Shown: positions 10,697 through 23,744 of the stretch, piece by piece
Layout: the number at the start of each line of letters is the position of its first letter
Position numbering within the stretch: position 1 is the stretch's first letter
Source: Lytechinus pictus
Lineage: Eukaryota
Assembly (NCBI RefSeq): GCF_037042905.1
Contig: NC_087245.1
Coordinates: 7,442,001-7,506,000, forward strand
Direction of reading: 5' to 3'
Length of the DNA: 64,000 bases
The notes under the pieces: generated by a model
The model's database searches: none
What the model was told of the DNA's origin: nothing
The model's input: only the letters and a program-made list of their open reading frames with translations
Translations under genes and position numbers: made by a program

Positions 10697-13612
10697 TAAG
10701 ATACTTGTACTTGTGATACGAGTACTCTATTTCAGTGTAGATCACATGTTCCATAGGCCCTAATTCCATTTAAGACTAAATTGCTTTGTGGACCATTGAA
10801 ATTATCAGATGGTAGAAGTACTATTGCCTTGTGGCTAGGGTTTATTGTGAAGTATGTGAATCCTTTTTAATGAATTATAACCCAACTACCTGATGATTAA
10901 ATTGCAAACTTGCAAAAGTGGGAAGTCTGTGTTACCACAATATGGTCCCGAGCAATTAAACTAAGAAGATGCCTTTGAAATGCAATTCAGCAGGAGATTA
11001 AATGGGTTTTACCATTTATCATTTACCCATCAAAGCTCTACGTGTTCTTATGAATAAAAACTAACCATTGTATAGGAAGCCATATTTTATGCTGTGAGAC
11101 TTAATAGTGCTTGAAGATGCTGTTCCCTATCTTGCTCACATCATGTCAGTTTATTGTGCATGTGAAAAATATTAAAAAATTTGTGCAAGTTTAGAACTTA
11201 GGCATACATATTCCATGATTAATCGACTGCAAATGTAAGGCCTACATTTGATTTTAAATTGCTAAAGGCTTTATTGTATACACAGTAGTATACATGCTGT
11301 ATATAGGCCTACATGTACATGGTTAAAATATAATTAACATAGTCAGCTTCTGTAGTTTCATTGCCAAACTATACTGTATACTTGTATAACAAACAGAAAA
11401 TCAGTTCAGCATCACCTGTAAATTTAGAGGATAGTTTGTGTAATTTTTCATTTACTCTGTTCATAAAGATTTAAGATATTTAAGTACCGGTAATTTCATG
11501 TACACACATTATCAGGATGTACAGTACATGTGGTTTTTAACTTGCAATACATATATTTGCAAGTCCTAAATTGCATATGTGTTCTTTAAAAAAAAATGAC
11601 AGAAATGAAATTCCCATTGCAGAACAGAAATTTCTGCAAGCTTTCATTGGAGTTGGTTCTGGTGTGAACCGCAACCTTCCTGCAAAGCTCAAGAATGAAT
11701 TATTATTCTGCCTTTTCATTTGGTCAGTATGATTAATATCTCTATAATGAAAATTTGTAAGAGATAATAAATGGTGTGTGATAGAGATCAAAATGGATTG
11801 GACTTGTCAGATAGATGGGTACAGAGTGATCTACAGAAGAATGGCCTCATGATTACTGCAGTACATCATTGAGTATGGTATACAATCATTAATTCTTAGC
11901 TGGTTGAAAGTGGAAAAGGAATGACTGATTGTTATGCCAAAATAATGTATGTATGTACAGTGTAAATAATTGGCCATTTGATACCATTTTGCATGATACA
12001 TGTTCCTGTGTGTTATTCTCACTTCTTGCTACTTTTCAGGTTGAATGCTTCCAGAAGCAGTCTTGTTTCTCAAGCATGAATTAAGCATTTCTTTTCCTAC
12101 TTTTCCACTTGAGAGTGAAGTGGTTTACTGTATGGATTAATGTTGAAAGCATTGCTTGGCTTAGTTTATATAACAGGAGGGGTGGTGCCCCTTTTTGTAA
12201 TGTTTCTTTAGCTCAGTAGAGATACTTTAGTCTCTGACTATAACCAGAGATATTTTTTTGCAATCATGAAAATTACAGTCAGTTACATGTAGATTCCTTG
12301 TTTGCTGAACATGTACAACCTATTCGCATTACAGGGTATATTGTAAAGGTATTTGTTTATTCTCATGATTTTTTTAATATTATTTTTAATTTATTTATTT
12401 TATATGTATATAAAAAGTTAATATGATATTATATTATTGTTTTTTGTTTTTGTTTTGGGGGCATTGGGGTGAGTTACTAACATTGTAGTTGTCTTGATAA
12501 GCAATTTACTATAGTATGAAAGCCTTTTATAAAGTTGTATAGACATGGACAGTTAATTTTCTTAATAGGCCCATTTGTTTACTTGGTTGTTCCCTTGACA
12601 CAATAATACCTGTGAGAGTCTGGTGATGCCACTGTGATTTCAACCTATGTATAAATGGTGCTTGAACGGTTGATCAATGAGGACGTCTGTTCCTAGAATG
12701 AATATAAATCATTCTAATATAAAGAATGAATATAAATCAAGGGACCTCTGACTAATATTTGTATTGAAATGTGGCTAAATCAACAATGGAGATGACCTCT
12801 CACTGCTAGTATACATGTACATGTACACCATTATTCTCCTAAAAAATATGAATTGTCAGTAGCATGTTCCACTGTGCATGATTTACAGACAGTAGAAACT
12901 CAACTATTTCATTTCATTGTATTCACAACACTTTCCCTCAATCCCTCACCACTTAGATTGGGGATTAAACAGTGATATTTGTACAGCCTAAGCCTCGCCC
13001 TTGGTTCCTATGATTGTATAAAGACTGTATAAAGCGCTAAAGTCTGATAGAGAGGGGGATGTTGGTTTTTTTTGCTTGGAGTCGTTAAGAAGAAGAACTG
13101 ACACTGTGATTGAAAGACAGTCTATTTGCACAGGCTTGTAGTGAGTATGTTAAGCGAGGGTACCACTTATTAAATACAGTCTTCTAGGCGATTCAATTAG
13201 TCAGGTATATTCTGTATTAAACAAAAATGATAGAGGGAATGCTTTAAGAGTAGGTTTGAATTGATGCTTGTGAACACTTGTTTTGATCAGTTAATGTTTG
13301 TTTGATTGCATTGAAGTGCAGCAATTGCAGAGTCATCGATCTTTGACATCCAGCTATAGTTTATTGGTAGAACAGGTAAGAATCTGTTTGACTGAGTAAA
13401 TATGTGATTAACTGTTTTTTCTAGCAATATTAAAGATGTCTGGAAGTATATGATGTGAGCATGCCCTGTGTATGAATGACCAACCACTGGGTATTCATTC
13501 AATGCTTCGATATGACTGTAATATATAGTTGATTGATGCTAGTCCATGTGAACACTGATGGCCTACTTGTACATTGTACTTTGTACATTGAGTGGTTTGA
13601 CCTTATGCTCCT

Positions 13613-13699
13613 ATTACCATGGTAACTGTATACTTTACAGTCCATTCAGTCTGCTTATCAAGTTGGTGATATTAGTAACCATGAAGTTGCCATGGAAAT
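13613..13699. promoter_or_regulatory. Pair of RFX X-box-like motifs
   Basis: attaccatggtaac (13613-13626) and gttgccatggaaat (13686-13699), each about one mismatch from GTTRCCATGGHAAC, lying outside any recognisable repeat. Confidence 0.4.
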
Positions 13700-15304
13700 G
13701 CAATAAGCATCGCTTCTGGTGATTGCACCAAAGTGTCTTGGAACGTAGGACTTGAAAAGCAAGAAAGATATTAGTTTGCACATGTACAGTGTAGGCCTAT
13801 ATACATGTAAATCATGTTTTTTCTTGAAACCACATCATATCATGCTGATTATTGAAAGGGGGGGGGGAGACAGACTGACAGAAAGAGAAGGTGAAGGAGT
13901 GTGGGAAAGGCATTTCATCCATCTCCATGGTTCAATATCTATGTTCTTTATATTCAGAAGCTTGACAATAATCTGTATTTACATGTACAATGTAGTACAC
14001 AGTTTTAAAAAGTCTCTCTTCATCCATGGCAGGGATATGAGTCTGCAGAAAAATCATTGAAACAAGAATACATACATCACAGGTGTATGTAGTATGTACT
14101 CAGTGAATACCACTCTTGTGGGCATTCCTACTTTTTCACGTTTGGGAAAATAATAGTTGGTGGATCCTTGTAGATGATTCTGCTATATTTAACTTCTCTG
14201 GTAATGCCAATTCCTGTTTACTACACTACTACCACTCCCTCCCCATTCCCCCTCCCCAAGAATAAGGAAATGATGTAACTGGTACTGAATAGCACATTAT
14301 GAATAGATTGATATTTCTATAAAATGGTTAAAAGGATCAGATGCCAAACAAAATACCACCAGCATAGTTGGTTTTATTGTGAGAATGGAATAGCAGGATT
14401 ACCGTACTGTTTGCTGTAGAATGTCAAGTTCATTGTTGTTGGCAGATTTGATGTATCGGTACATACTGTATCTCTATTTGAAATCCATTCTTTTATTGGG
14501 AATGGGGATATGTACAACAGGAGTGTGTCAGTTCATGAGCTTTTTCTTGTTAATAATTTTGTATATTTTGTATTATGTATATTTTTAACCGAAAATGAAA
14601 TAAATGCGAATTGAATTGAATGTACTGTATTTCATGTGATATGGTGTCATACCGGTAAATTAAAAATTTGTAATCATTATTTTGGGGATTTTCATCAAAT
14701 CTACACCAATATTTTTCTGTACCTTTTCTGCTTAAATTAAAGCCAACTTATCGTCTGGATGAAATATCCCTTAATATGATGTTTTCACCCTTCCTCCAAT
14801 TTGTGGTTTAGTGGCGTGTGAAGCAAGGCTGTGGTCTATCTATGTACAATCTGAGCTTGTTTCACTCACTGTTATGTGAATGGTGTTGATACCTTGATGT
14901 TATTGAGCAAATAGGTTTGGAATCTGACACAAATGATCCTTCTATTGATTTTTTCTTTTCTTCTCTTTTCTCTTTGTCTGTTACCCCTCTCAAGATCTAG
15001 CAATAAAATTTGTCTACAAGTACAACACATGTCATTGCTTATTTTGTAAGACATTGATCATTTAATGTTTGGCCAATCAGGTTCATAATACTACGTATAT
15101 CATGACCTTGCTTTGTACACTGGATATATGTGGACAATTAAGATTCAGGATCTTTCAATTGTATTGATTATATCATCAGTTGATTTGACAGACTCCTGTC
15201 ACCATAATGCCTATAAGCACTGCAGCCTTGTACACCATTCTTCAGGTTACATACAATGCAAATTCATGTTTGGAATTGGAAGGAGTTCACTTGAATGTTG
15301 AGGT

Positions 15305-15706
15305 TTAAAGATAAATTCCAGTTTTGGTAACGATCTCAAAATGACTTTTTACAGAATCTAATATAATGACCACCCAAGTGTCTGTTTGTATGAATAAAAA
15401 ATATGTGCCAAAGGATTCTGGAAGAAATTGTGTTATTGCTGAGAAATAAGCAAAATAAGCGCGGATTCGGTCACTTCCGTCGGGTCTTTATTCCAGCAAT
15501 AATAATACACTGTCCCACGTGTGCCTATCTGTGTTGGCGATCTTCAGTGTGAACATTTTTCAGCGTAGATTTTAAGATTTCACAAAGTTCAGTTCATGTA
15601 ACTGTACCAGATCTAGATCCTCGATGATATACTGACAATTAAGCCTGGTTTTACAGACTTTCTGATGAAATCAGTGTTTACTGCAATTACTGGAATTTCT
15701 CTTTAA
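15305..15706 (+). mobile_element. TTAA-flanked MITE (Kolobok-like), family copy
   Basis: ttaa-agataaattccagttttgg...actggaatttctct-ttaa. Confidence 0.8.
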
Positions 15707-16042
15707 GAGAGCCATTCAAATAGCTTACTCTATTATACCAAGCAAATGGACATTGCTCTTGTAATCAGATTATTGTACCTATTGCAGTACTAAATGAGGG
15801 TAAAGGTAGCATTTTACATCTGACCTGAGGGAAATTTACCTGTGTCTTACATCGGGGGGGGGGGGGGACTCAAAACTTACTTTTTTTGCAAATTTTCACA
15901 AAATTCTATTAGAAATGTGCACCAAATGAACCTTATAATGGTTGCTCTGCTTACCTTGAACATTCAACACATTCTTGCATACCAGAAAAAAAAATCAATT
16001 GTGTTTAGGTTGTATAAATTTAGTCTGAATCTTCATGAATTA

Positions 16043-16452
16043 TTAAAGATAAATACCTGTTGTGGTAATGATCTCAAAATGAGTTTGAACAGAATCCAAT
16101 GAAATTACCACCAAAGCGTTTGTAATTAATTTGTATAAATAAAAGATATGTGCCAAATAGCTCTGGAAGAAAGTGTGTAATTGCTGAAAAATTAGCAAAA
16201 TAAGCACGGAATTCCATCAAATGTCGGGTATGTTTCGAAGCAATATTAATATACTGTCCCACATATGCTTTTCTGTGTTAGTGATCATTTATCGATTTTT
16301 AGCTAAAATTTCTTGATTTTACAAAGATAAGTTTACCTTTAATGTACATGTACCAGATTCAGATGTATGGTAATATTTTGACAATTAAACTTGATTTAAA
16401 AGACTTTCTCATGAAATAGTTGTTTGCTGCAACTACTGTCTTTTACCTTTAA
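16043..16452 (+). mobile_element. TTAA-flanked MITE (Kolobok-like), diverged copy
   Basis: Same ends and colinear internal similarity to 15305-15706. Confidence 0.75.
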
Positions 16453-17192
16453 AGAAAATAATACTGGGACTTCACTCAAGATTGTTCATAAGTAAAAAAT
16501 AAAAAATACACAACCCAAATAAAATCATCTGAGAAGTGTATCTGTAGATCAAAATCTCTATACAAAGACGATCTTTATGTAATATGCTGGTACTGAATAT
16601 GTATTTTTAAAGTTTGGAGACCTTTATTCTCTACTGACAAGATTGACATGACCCTCCATCAAAATTTGCCTTACTAATTAAATCCCAATTATGTGTAAAT
16701 TGTTGTTGCTCATTAAAGACTGAGTGGTAGCATGCTGTAGCCTAGCAACCAGTATTCTAATCAAACTTGATTTATACTCTACTAGAATCCATCCATTTAA
16801 TGCCATGTATACATTCACTTCTTGATATCTTTCATAAGCTATGATGTACATGTACACACTCAAAGTAAATGTATTATGTGAGTGGTGAAAAAAATCTAGA
16901 ATGAGTAAAGAAGCACAATGAACTACATGTAGCACTTGATATTTTTTCTTTACTCATCTTGTTTTCATTCACTTTTTTTTCCTTCCCTTTTTTTCCTTCC
17001 AAACTCGTGGACTTCTGAAAGTTGATAATCTATACCATGTAAATTATTAGTTGGAGGCCCACAAAAACACCAGAGATATAGAGATATCTTTGCCCTTGGT
17101 TCAGTCATAATACATAATAGTCCTATAAACCAATTTTGGTTGCTGGTATTGGGAGAAAGCGTTATGTATACAGGGTTGCTTTATAGCAACCG

Positions 17193-17437
17193 AGTGTGTT
17201 TATTGACATGCAATGTTCTAAATTCCATCATTCTGTTTGCAGTTGTAATTTGTGTGTACATGTTTATCAATATTGAATTTAAGTACAGTACATGACCATA
17301 GAATGTCAGCATGTTCAGCATTTTTAGGAGGTCAGATATTTCTTTCTGATTCACAATAGGCCTACACTTCATTTACAACCCCAATGTTATTCCAGGGCAC
17401 TTGGAATTTAGAACATTGCACATTCAATAAACACACT
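17193..17437. mobile_element. MITE-like element with ~35-bp inverted ends
   Basis: agtgtgtttattgacatgcaatgttctaaattcca versus tggaatttagaacattgcacattcaataaacacact. Confidence 0.6.
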
Positions 17438-18101
17438 AGGGGAGTGTTTTATGAAATGAGTTGTCAGATGTTTTATCCGACAAATCTCATGTTATCCATC
17501 AGTTACCATAACAACAGTGCTTTTCAGTCGATCGTAACCGAGGAAAGTTGTGGGATCTGACAACTTGTCGGACAAAAATGTTGGTGAAACGCTTCCCTGT
17601 TTTTGTATGGTTCTGTGGCTGCCTTCGTTAAATCTTTATACGAAGGAGTTTCGTTCGCATCTATTTCCAACTGTTGTTATTCGCAAGGCTTCTCAACGAA
17701 ATACACGCTGGACACAATTTGCTAGAATTCCACAAACTTATGTTTTATTCTGCAACCCAATAGCGTAAACTTCAACCTTGAGATCCAAACTCGTACTCAA
17801 ACTTGAGATCGAACTTTGAGTTAAACCTTGAGATAATAATCTGTAACAAAATGAATAAACAAACAATAATAAACAAATGTTTCATCAAAACTTGTCAATA
17901 ACTAAATCTAAATTAGTGTAGCAATAACTATTATATATGATTAAATAAGAATCAACCTTGTGTTAAAATAAATGATCAATATACAGATGTACTATTATAT
18001 CTTAAAATATTAACCTACATAAATCAACAGAGTATAAAAATATACAAGGAATAATGTTAAGCTGGTGATTAAATCCCCATATGAACACAGCTGCACTCAC
18101 T

Positions 18102-18411
18102 GGCCCGTATTCTGAAGTCGGGTTTAAGTTAAACTCAGGTTTAAATTTGTGGTTTAAGTATGGATGGCCAATTGTTACATAAATCACTAACAGTAGAGAT
18201 ATCATATTTCAGCTCATTTGGCTCTTCAATCATTCACAATTATCTAGGAAGTATAAATAGATGATTGTCTTCACCATCGGTGAATCAGGAAAGAGCACAG
18301 TAAACATAAGAAATGTACAACTTAATAAAAATTTTGATACTTTTGGCTTCCCATACTTAAACCACAACTTTAAACCTGAGTTTAATTTAAACCGACTTCA
18401 GAATACGGGCC
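18102..18411. mobile_element. MITE with ~60-bp TIRs (Harbinger-like termini)
   Basis: ggcccgtattctgaagtcgg..gtggtttaagtatgg versus ccatacttaaaccac..ccgacttcagaatacgggcc. Confidence 0.8.
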
Positions 18412-18508
18412 ATACTGTGCAGTGCATTACTAAGTATTCCACCAATAGACAGATTAGCCGTGTGAACATAACTACATTCCAACCCAGTCACAAATTCAAG
18501 GTTTCTCC

Positions 18509-19381
18509 TAGCCTCTTGTTGAGGCCCTGGCGGCTGCTTCCCGAGGGATTTCCTAATTCGCGTAGCGAATTAGGATTGGCGCGAGCCAGGGCCTCTCGAC
18601 ATCTGAGCTGAATTATATATTCATGAGGAACTTCTTCCTAATGAATATACATGAGTCATAATATTACCGGTCACCTTGTAAACCAATGAAAAGTCAAAGC
18701 TGTTTCGTCCGGGGTTCGGAATACTATAGTAGTCCACTATTTTGCAGGGGATTCATTTAATTGCGGGACACTAAAGGGGATATAACCAGCAAAATGCTAC
18801 AAGTAGTGGTACTACTACTAGTACTGGCCGTAACAGACCCATCACCGCCTCGAAACTTCCCGGGAGATACTGGTCAGCCGCTGGTCAGACTCGAGTCAAG
18901 GGAAGCAGCTTCACTCCAGCATTCCCTCACTGCACAGCGGAGATCGATAATCGACGCATGAAATATTACATTTTTTCCATATCCTGTGGGTAGATTTACA
19001 AAAACATCTCGTCCTTTCAGTGCAGATTTAATTTAATCGACTTGCAAATCCTTAAATCGGTCAATATTCAGCATTTTAGAGGCATATTCAATGCTCTTTG
19101 ATATTTCGTCGTCACTCTTCGCCAAGAATCCACGTGTCGCCATTCAAAATGAGCTCATGAATATTCAATATGACGTCATAGCAGCCTGCGCTCTCATTGG
19201 ATGATTTTCACCAACCAGTTTTTGGTCGGAATATTGGTAAAAACAATCAAAAACAAAAGAAAGTCGGTGAAATTCGGCTCAGATGTCAAGAGGCCCTGTC
19301 TTGCAGCGCTCTGCTTCGCTATATCTCTTGCTTCGCCATGTTCACTCGGAAAGCAGCCGACAGGGCCTCGACAAGAGGCTA
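18509..19381. mobile_element. Non-autonomous DNA transposon with TAG..CTA termini and a 9-bp TSD (AcademH-like)
   Basis: ~37-bp imperfect TIRs (tagcctcttgttgaggccctg / cagggcctcgacaagaggcta). Exact flanking repeat ggtttctcc at 18500-18508 and 19382-19390. Confidence 0.8.
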
Positions 19382-20261
19382 GGTTTCTCCCTAAATCACT
19401 CACTCTCCGATGAAAGTTTTAGTTTTGGTCTAATACTCTAAACTGATCATGAACTACATGTATAAACAGTTATCTACATTATCACATAATTATCAAACAT
19501 TTGATTATCACTAACTTACTTACTATATGAATGCACAATTATACTTTCTATCAACATAAAAAAGGAAATCTACTCCACTCTGCTATACACTTCGCACACT
19601 GTATGCATGACTCATCTCTTTGTCTACTACTAACAGGTAGGCTACTGTGTGATGAAAGCATCTCGGTAAAATTATATCTCTACCAAAACTTACTGTATTC
19701 AAATAAAATGACAATTATTAACGTTATATAATATGATTAAGAACATAATTAATATAACTGAATTATATCCTTACGGAATTGGGCCTTTGTAGATGTTCCA
19801 CAACTAACTTTTAAAGATTTCTGCTGCAGTGTTATATAACGTGAACCTTACTGCATCACTTCGACAATGAGAATGACCAATACTCTTCCCAAAATGAAAG
19901 TACATGTAGATGAGATGAACAAAGAAATTCTAACTTTGTGACTCATTAGTGAAGTCCAAGAGGAACTTTCTAGAATCTTACTGGTAGTCTTGTCTTCAGA
20001 CTTTTTATAACTAGAATATTACATTTTCATCACTACATCCTGATGTAGTCACATGTTCATATACTCTCTCTGTTCTGCAAAACACACATTCTTCCCCTCT
20101 ATCTCTCCTTTTCTTTTCTTACTTTCTCTATCTTCTGCTGCTCCTATGTACCATGTGTATGTAAATGTATATTGTTACCACTGATGGAAACTATTTACAG
20201 GTATATTGTATTTCGTCTTACAACATTATGAGCTCATAAAAATAAACCCTTATCATAATGC

Positions 20262-21669
20262 TTAAAGGTAAATGCTAGTTTTGGTAACGATATCAAAATG
20301 AGTTCGTACAGAATCCAATGAAATGACCACCAAAGTGTCTGTTTGTATAAATAAAACGCATGTGCCAAAGGATTCTGGAAGAAATTGTGTAATTCAAGGC
20401 TCCACATTAACTTTTTTTGGTGGTGGCCCGTTCGGGCCACCTAAACCTTCAAAGAATTTTTTTTGGTGGCCCGATATTAAAGTTTGGTGGCCCGAAAAAT
20501 ATAAAGAAAAACATTAAAAATGAATAAATGGGTATAAATGGTTTAACCACTGTAAAAAAAATGAAAGAAAATAATAAAACGGCAAAAAAAAAGTGTGAGA
20601 AAATTCCTTCCCTATGTTTGCCAAAATGTTGGAAAAATTCACATTTCATATTAATGAAATGCCTTCCCAAAGTATTTACTTTCTCAAGAGTTGTTTAAGA
20701 AGTCATTTATAAACAAGAAAGAAAGTAACTGTCTGTTTATTTTTGGCTAGAAAAGACCGGAAAAGACACAGCTTCGAAAGAAACCAAGTAACAACATACA
20801 TACAAATGCACACGTGGGACTGTGATGTACTCACCTTTTTTTTTTAATGTGTATTATTTTCATTTGGAAATCAGTCTTTTTGAGTCAAAAGAGAGGTCAT
20901 GATTCCTCTTTTTAATGCTTGCAAATAATCAGGATACACCAGATTTTAGCAAAAAGGTCTGTAGAAGGGCATTTCATTGGTATAAAATGTGACTTTGACT
21001 TGGATTTTCACAGTTCTGTGGAAGATATCTTAGCAGCAACATTTCGTATTGCAGCTCCCTGAGTCTGAATAGGCTGCTAACGCGCAGCTGCTTCAAGCAT
21101 GCAAAGCTCACGCCAGCCGGCCAGCGCGGTCGGCTGGAAAGCTACTTAATGCTATAGCGGTGGGCCAACTTTGTGTGTAGATCAACAAAAAGGGCGCATG
21201 ACGAACTGGCTTGCAATTTGAACTGTAGAAAGTTGATAAATGCGTGCAAAATGGGGAGAAAAATTGCACTATTCTGAAAATTATTGGTTGCCCGATTCGG
21301 GCCACCAAAACTTAATATTTTTTTAATAATGGTTGCCCGAGGTGAATTTCTGGTGGCCCCGGGCCACCGGGCCACCGCTAATGTCGAGCCTTGTGTAATT
21401 GCTGAGAAATCAGCAAATAAGCACAGGATTCGGGTAGAGCGTCGGGCCCGACGCTCAAAGCAATAATTATACACTGTCCCACGTGCGCTTATCTGTGTTG
21501 GGGAAGTTCAGTCTGAACATTTTTCAGCGTAGATTTCAAGATTTCACAAAGTTCAGTTATGTAACTGTACCAGATCTAGATCCTCGATGATATACTGACA
21601 ATTAAGCCTGGTTTTACAGACTTTCTCATGAAATCAGTGTTTACTGCAACTACTGGAATTTCTCTTTAA
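20262..21669 (+). mobile_element. TTAA-flanked MITE (Kolobok-like) split by a nested insertion
   Basis: 20262-20394 joined to 21401-21669 gives a copy nearly identical to 41071-41473. Confidence 0.85.
20395..21393. mobile_element. Non-autonomous DNA transposon with CAAGG termini and a 7-bp TSD (P-element-like; hAT not excluded)
   Basis: TIR caaggctccacatta / taatgtcgagccttg, subterminal ggtggccc repeats, and TSD tgtaatt defined by comparison with the empty site in the 41071 copy. Confidence 0.8.
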
Positions 21670-23608
21670 CCTGAACCCTAAGTCCTATCCTTAAACCTTA
21701 CCTTAACTCTGTACATTTTTAACATGATATACAGTACATGTATAGACAGGAAACACACTGTACTACCTTAAAAACACTATAAAATGAGCAGATGAACTAC
21801 TTTGGAAGTCAAAACTCATATCAGGCTTTCATAAAATCTAATGAATCATATATCATATCATAAAAAGGAAAGTGCTCAATGCTCATAGCCTTTGTTTTCC
21901 ACCTTTAGAGTTGCGGATTGTGATCAGTCATGCATGAATGATTATAATGATAATGCATATTTTCATAAATGTCTGTGATCATTGAATCTTAACTCGCAAT
22001 GCTTCAATGATCATGACTTATTTATTTTATAATGGCCAATTTAGGAATTTTGGGTTCCAACATAGTTCATCTTCTCATTTTGCATTGTTGAATGTAATGT
22101 AAAATAACTCTTGTAGACACTGTACCTCATTCAAATTTTCATTAAGAATTAATTCATGAACAATATTGTCACTTCACTTTTATGAGAATAGAATGTTATT
22201 GTCTTATCAAATATTTAAGATATCTGCCTTTCCTCATTTCATTCATGAAATTAAGATAATCAAGATCAGCAAGTCCTATAAGATGATGTAGACATATAAA
22301 CCTGATGATAACCAGCCATCATGAACAAATTCAATAGGTTTATCTTCAAGTATTGACTTTAGAGCTCTGTAAATGTAAGTATGATGCTTCATTTGGAAAT
22401 CATCATCATGCTATGACCCTGCTGCAATGAAATACCTTAACTATGAGCTTTTTTAGGGAAATGTTTTTACTAGTAAAATTGTTTTTACATTTTCAATGCA
22501 ACGATAAAAGACGAGGGATATGATAACTTGTATGCAACTGTCTCAGTTGGAAAATGGCAATCTAGTTCGAGATATGTACTTGTTTCGACACATAAAATTA
22601 TGGAATCAAAACATTTTTTGTTTTTACTGTAAGTACAGTTCATGAAATACTCATTGAATGTAAAGTTTGTTTTCTGTTTAATGCAAAACTTGAGCTGTTG
22701 CAGTTGTAGACATTTTCCAGGAAATTCTGACACAATTCAAAGCTAAAGTTTTCATGAAAATGAACTGAAACAATGTATACAAGTAATGCATGCCCAGATT
22801 GCTGAAACAGATAAATATAGATGGGTGCATGTTATACTTGGGAGAAAAGACCTACAGTTCAAAGATAGAATGCTTATTTTGAAAAGTAATATTTATGTTC
22901 TACATGTTCCTGAATAATTAGATACATTGCCTCTGTGATAGAATTCATCTTGTGAAGGTTTAATACCCAATCTGAAGTTTATTTTCAACAATAAAACAAT
23001 CTATTCTTCATTGAATGGCATTATGATAAATACAATTAACTTGTTCCTTATTCTTCATTGTTCTTTACTCCATCTTTTTCTCCATACACTGTACAACCCT
23101 TTGTTTTCCTTTTCCCCTTCTCTATCACTTTGTCTTGTAATATTTTAATTAAATTTTCTTTCTTTTCCTTGTTCTTCTTTACCCTCTTTCCCTTTTTTTC
23201 TCATGTAGGACTCAACGGGAACTGACCGATTCTATCAACCAAATGTGCTTTTATCACCAATGATCAACTCTTTAAAATTATGATCAAATTTTGTTTTTAT
23301 ATGCCATCAGTGATCAACTGTTAACCAGCTTTGAACAAGAATATAGTTCTTTATACCATGGACCTACGAGTAGGTCCATGTTTACACACATACTGATAGT
23401 TGGTTTGAGAATTTATTTTCACCAGTCTGAGATTTATTTCTTATTCTTTAAACACAAATTGCAACAAGTGGCATTGACAGAATGGGAAATATATAAAAAT
23501 GACTAAGTACCATATCTGGATGAAGACTTTGTGCAAAGATAAGTAACAAATCTTCACTGATGATATTGCACTTGATCATGAATAAGTGATACATGTAATC
23601 TTCCTGAG

Positions 23609-23744
23609 ATGAAGGAAGATGATAAAGGAGGAGGAGGAGAAGGAGGAGGAGCTGTAATGAGCAGTGGAGCAACAGAAGAGATGAGTGATAGCTTAGCAGG
23701 GGAGGTAGTACAGAGCGGAGGAAAGGAAAATGTACCAAATCCAG
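23609..23744 (+). CDS. CCP gene: putative first coding exon ([10 protein letters not shown]...NVPNP); exon may begin at acceptor 23209
   Basis: ATG at 23609, purine-rich open frame, donor cca g|gtagtt (phase 1). Long pyrimidine tract precedes the AG at 23207-23208. Confidence 0.7.

Noticed and set aside
11600..11730. Short coding-looking frame (NEIPIAEQKFLQAFIGVGSG...)
   Set aside because: The available splice sites give asymmetric phases that do not fit the gene model, and I recognise no homology.
14940..15060. Strong pyrimidine tract plus AG at ~14994
   Set aside because: No convincing donor or meaningful frame follows, so an exon cannot be supported.
18761..19413. Signal-peptide-like and other ORFs in the GC-rich segment
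   Set aside because: They lie inside a TIR/TSD-bounded non-autonomous transposon and are short, with no domain motifs.
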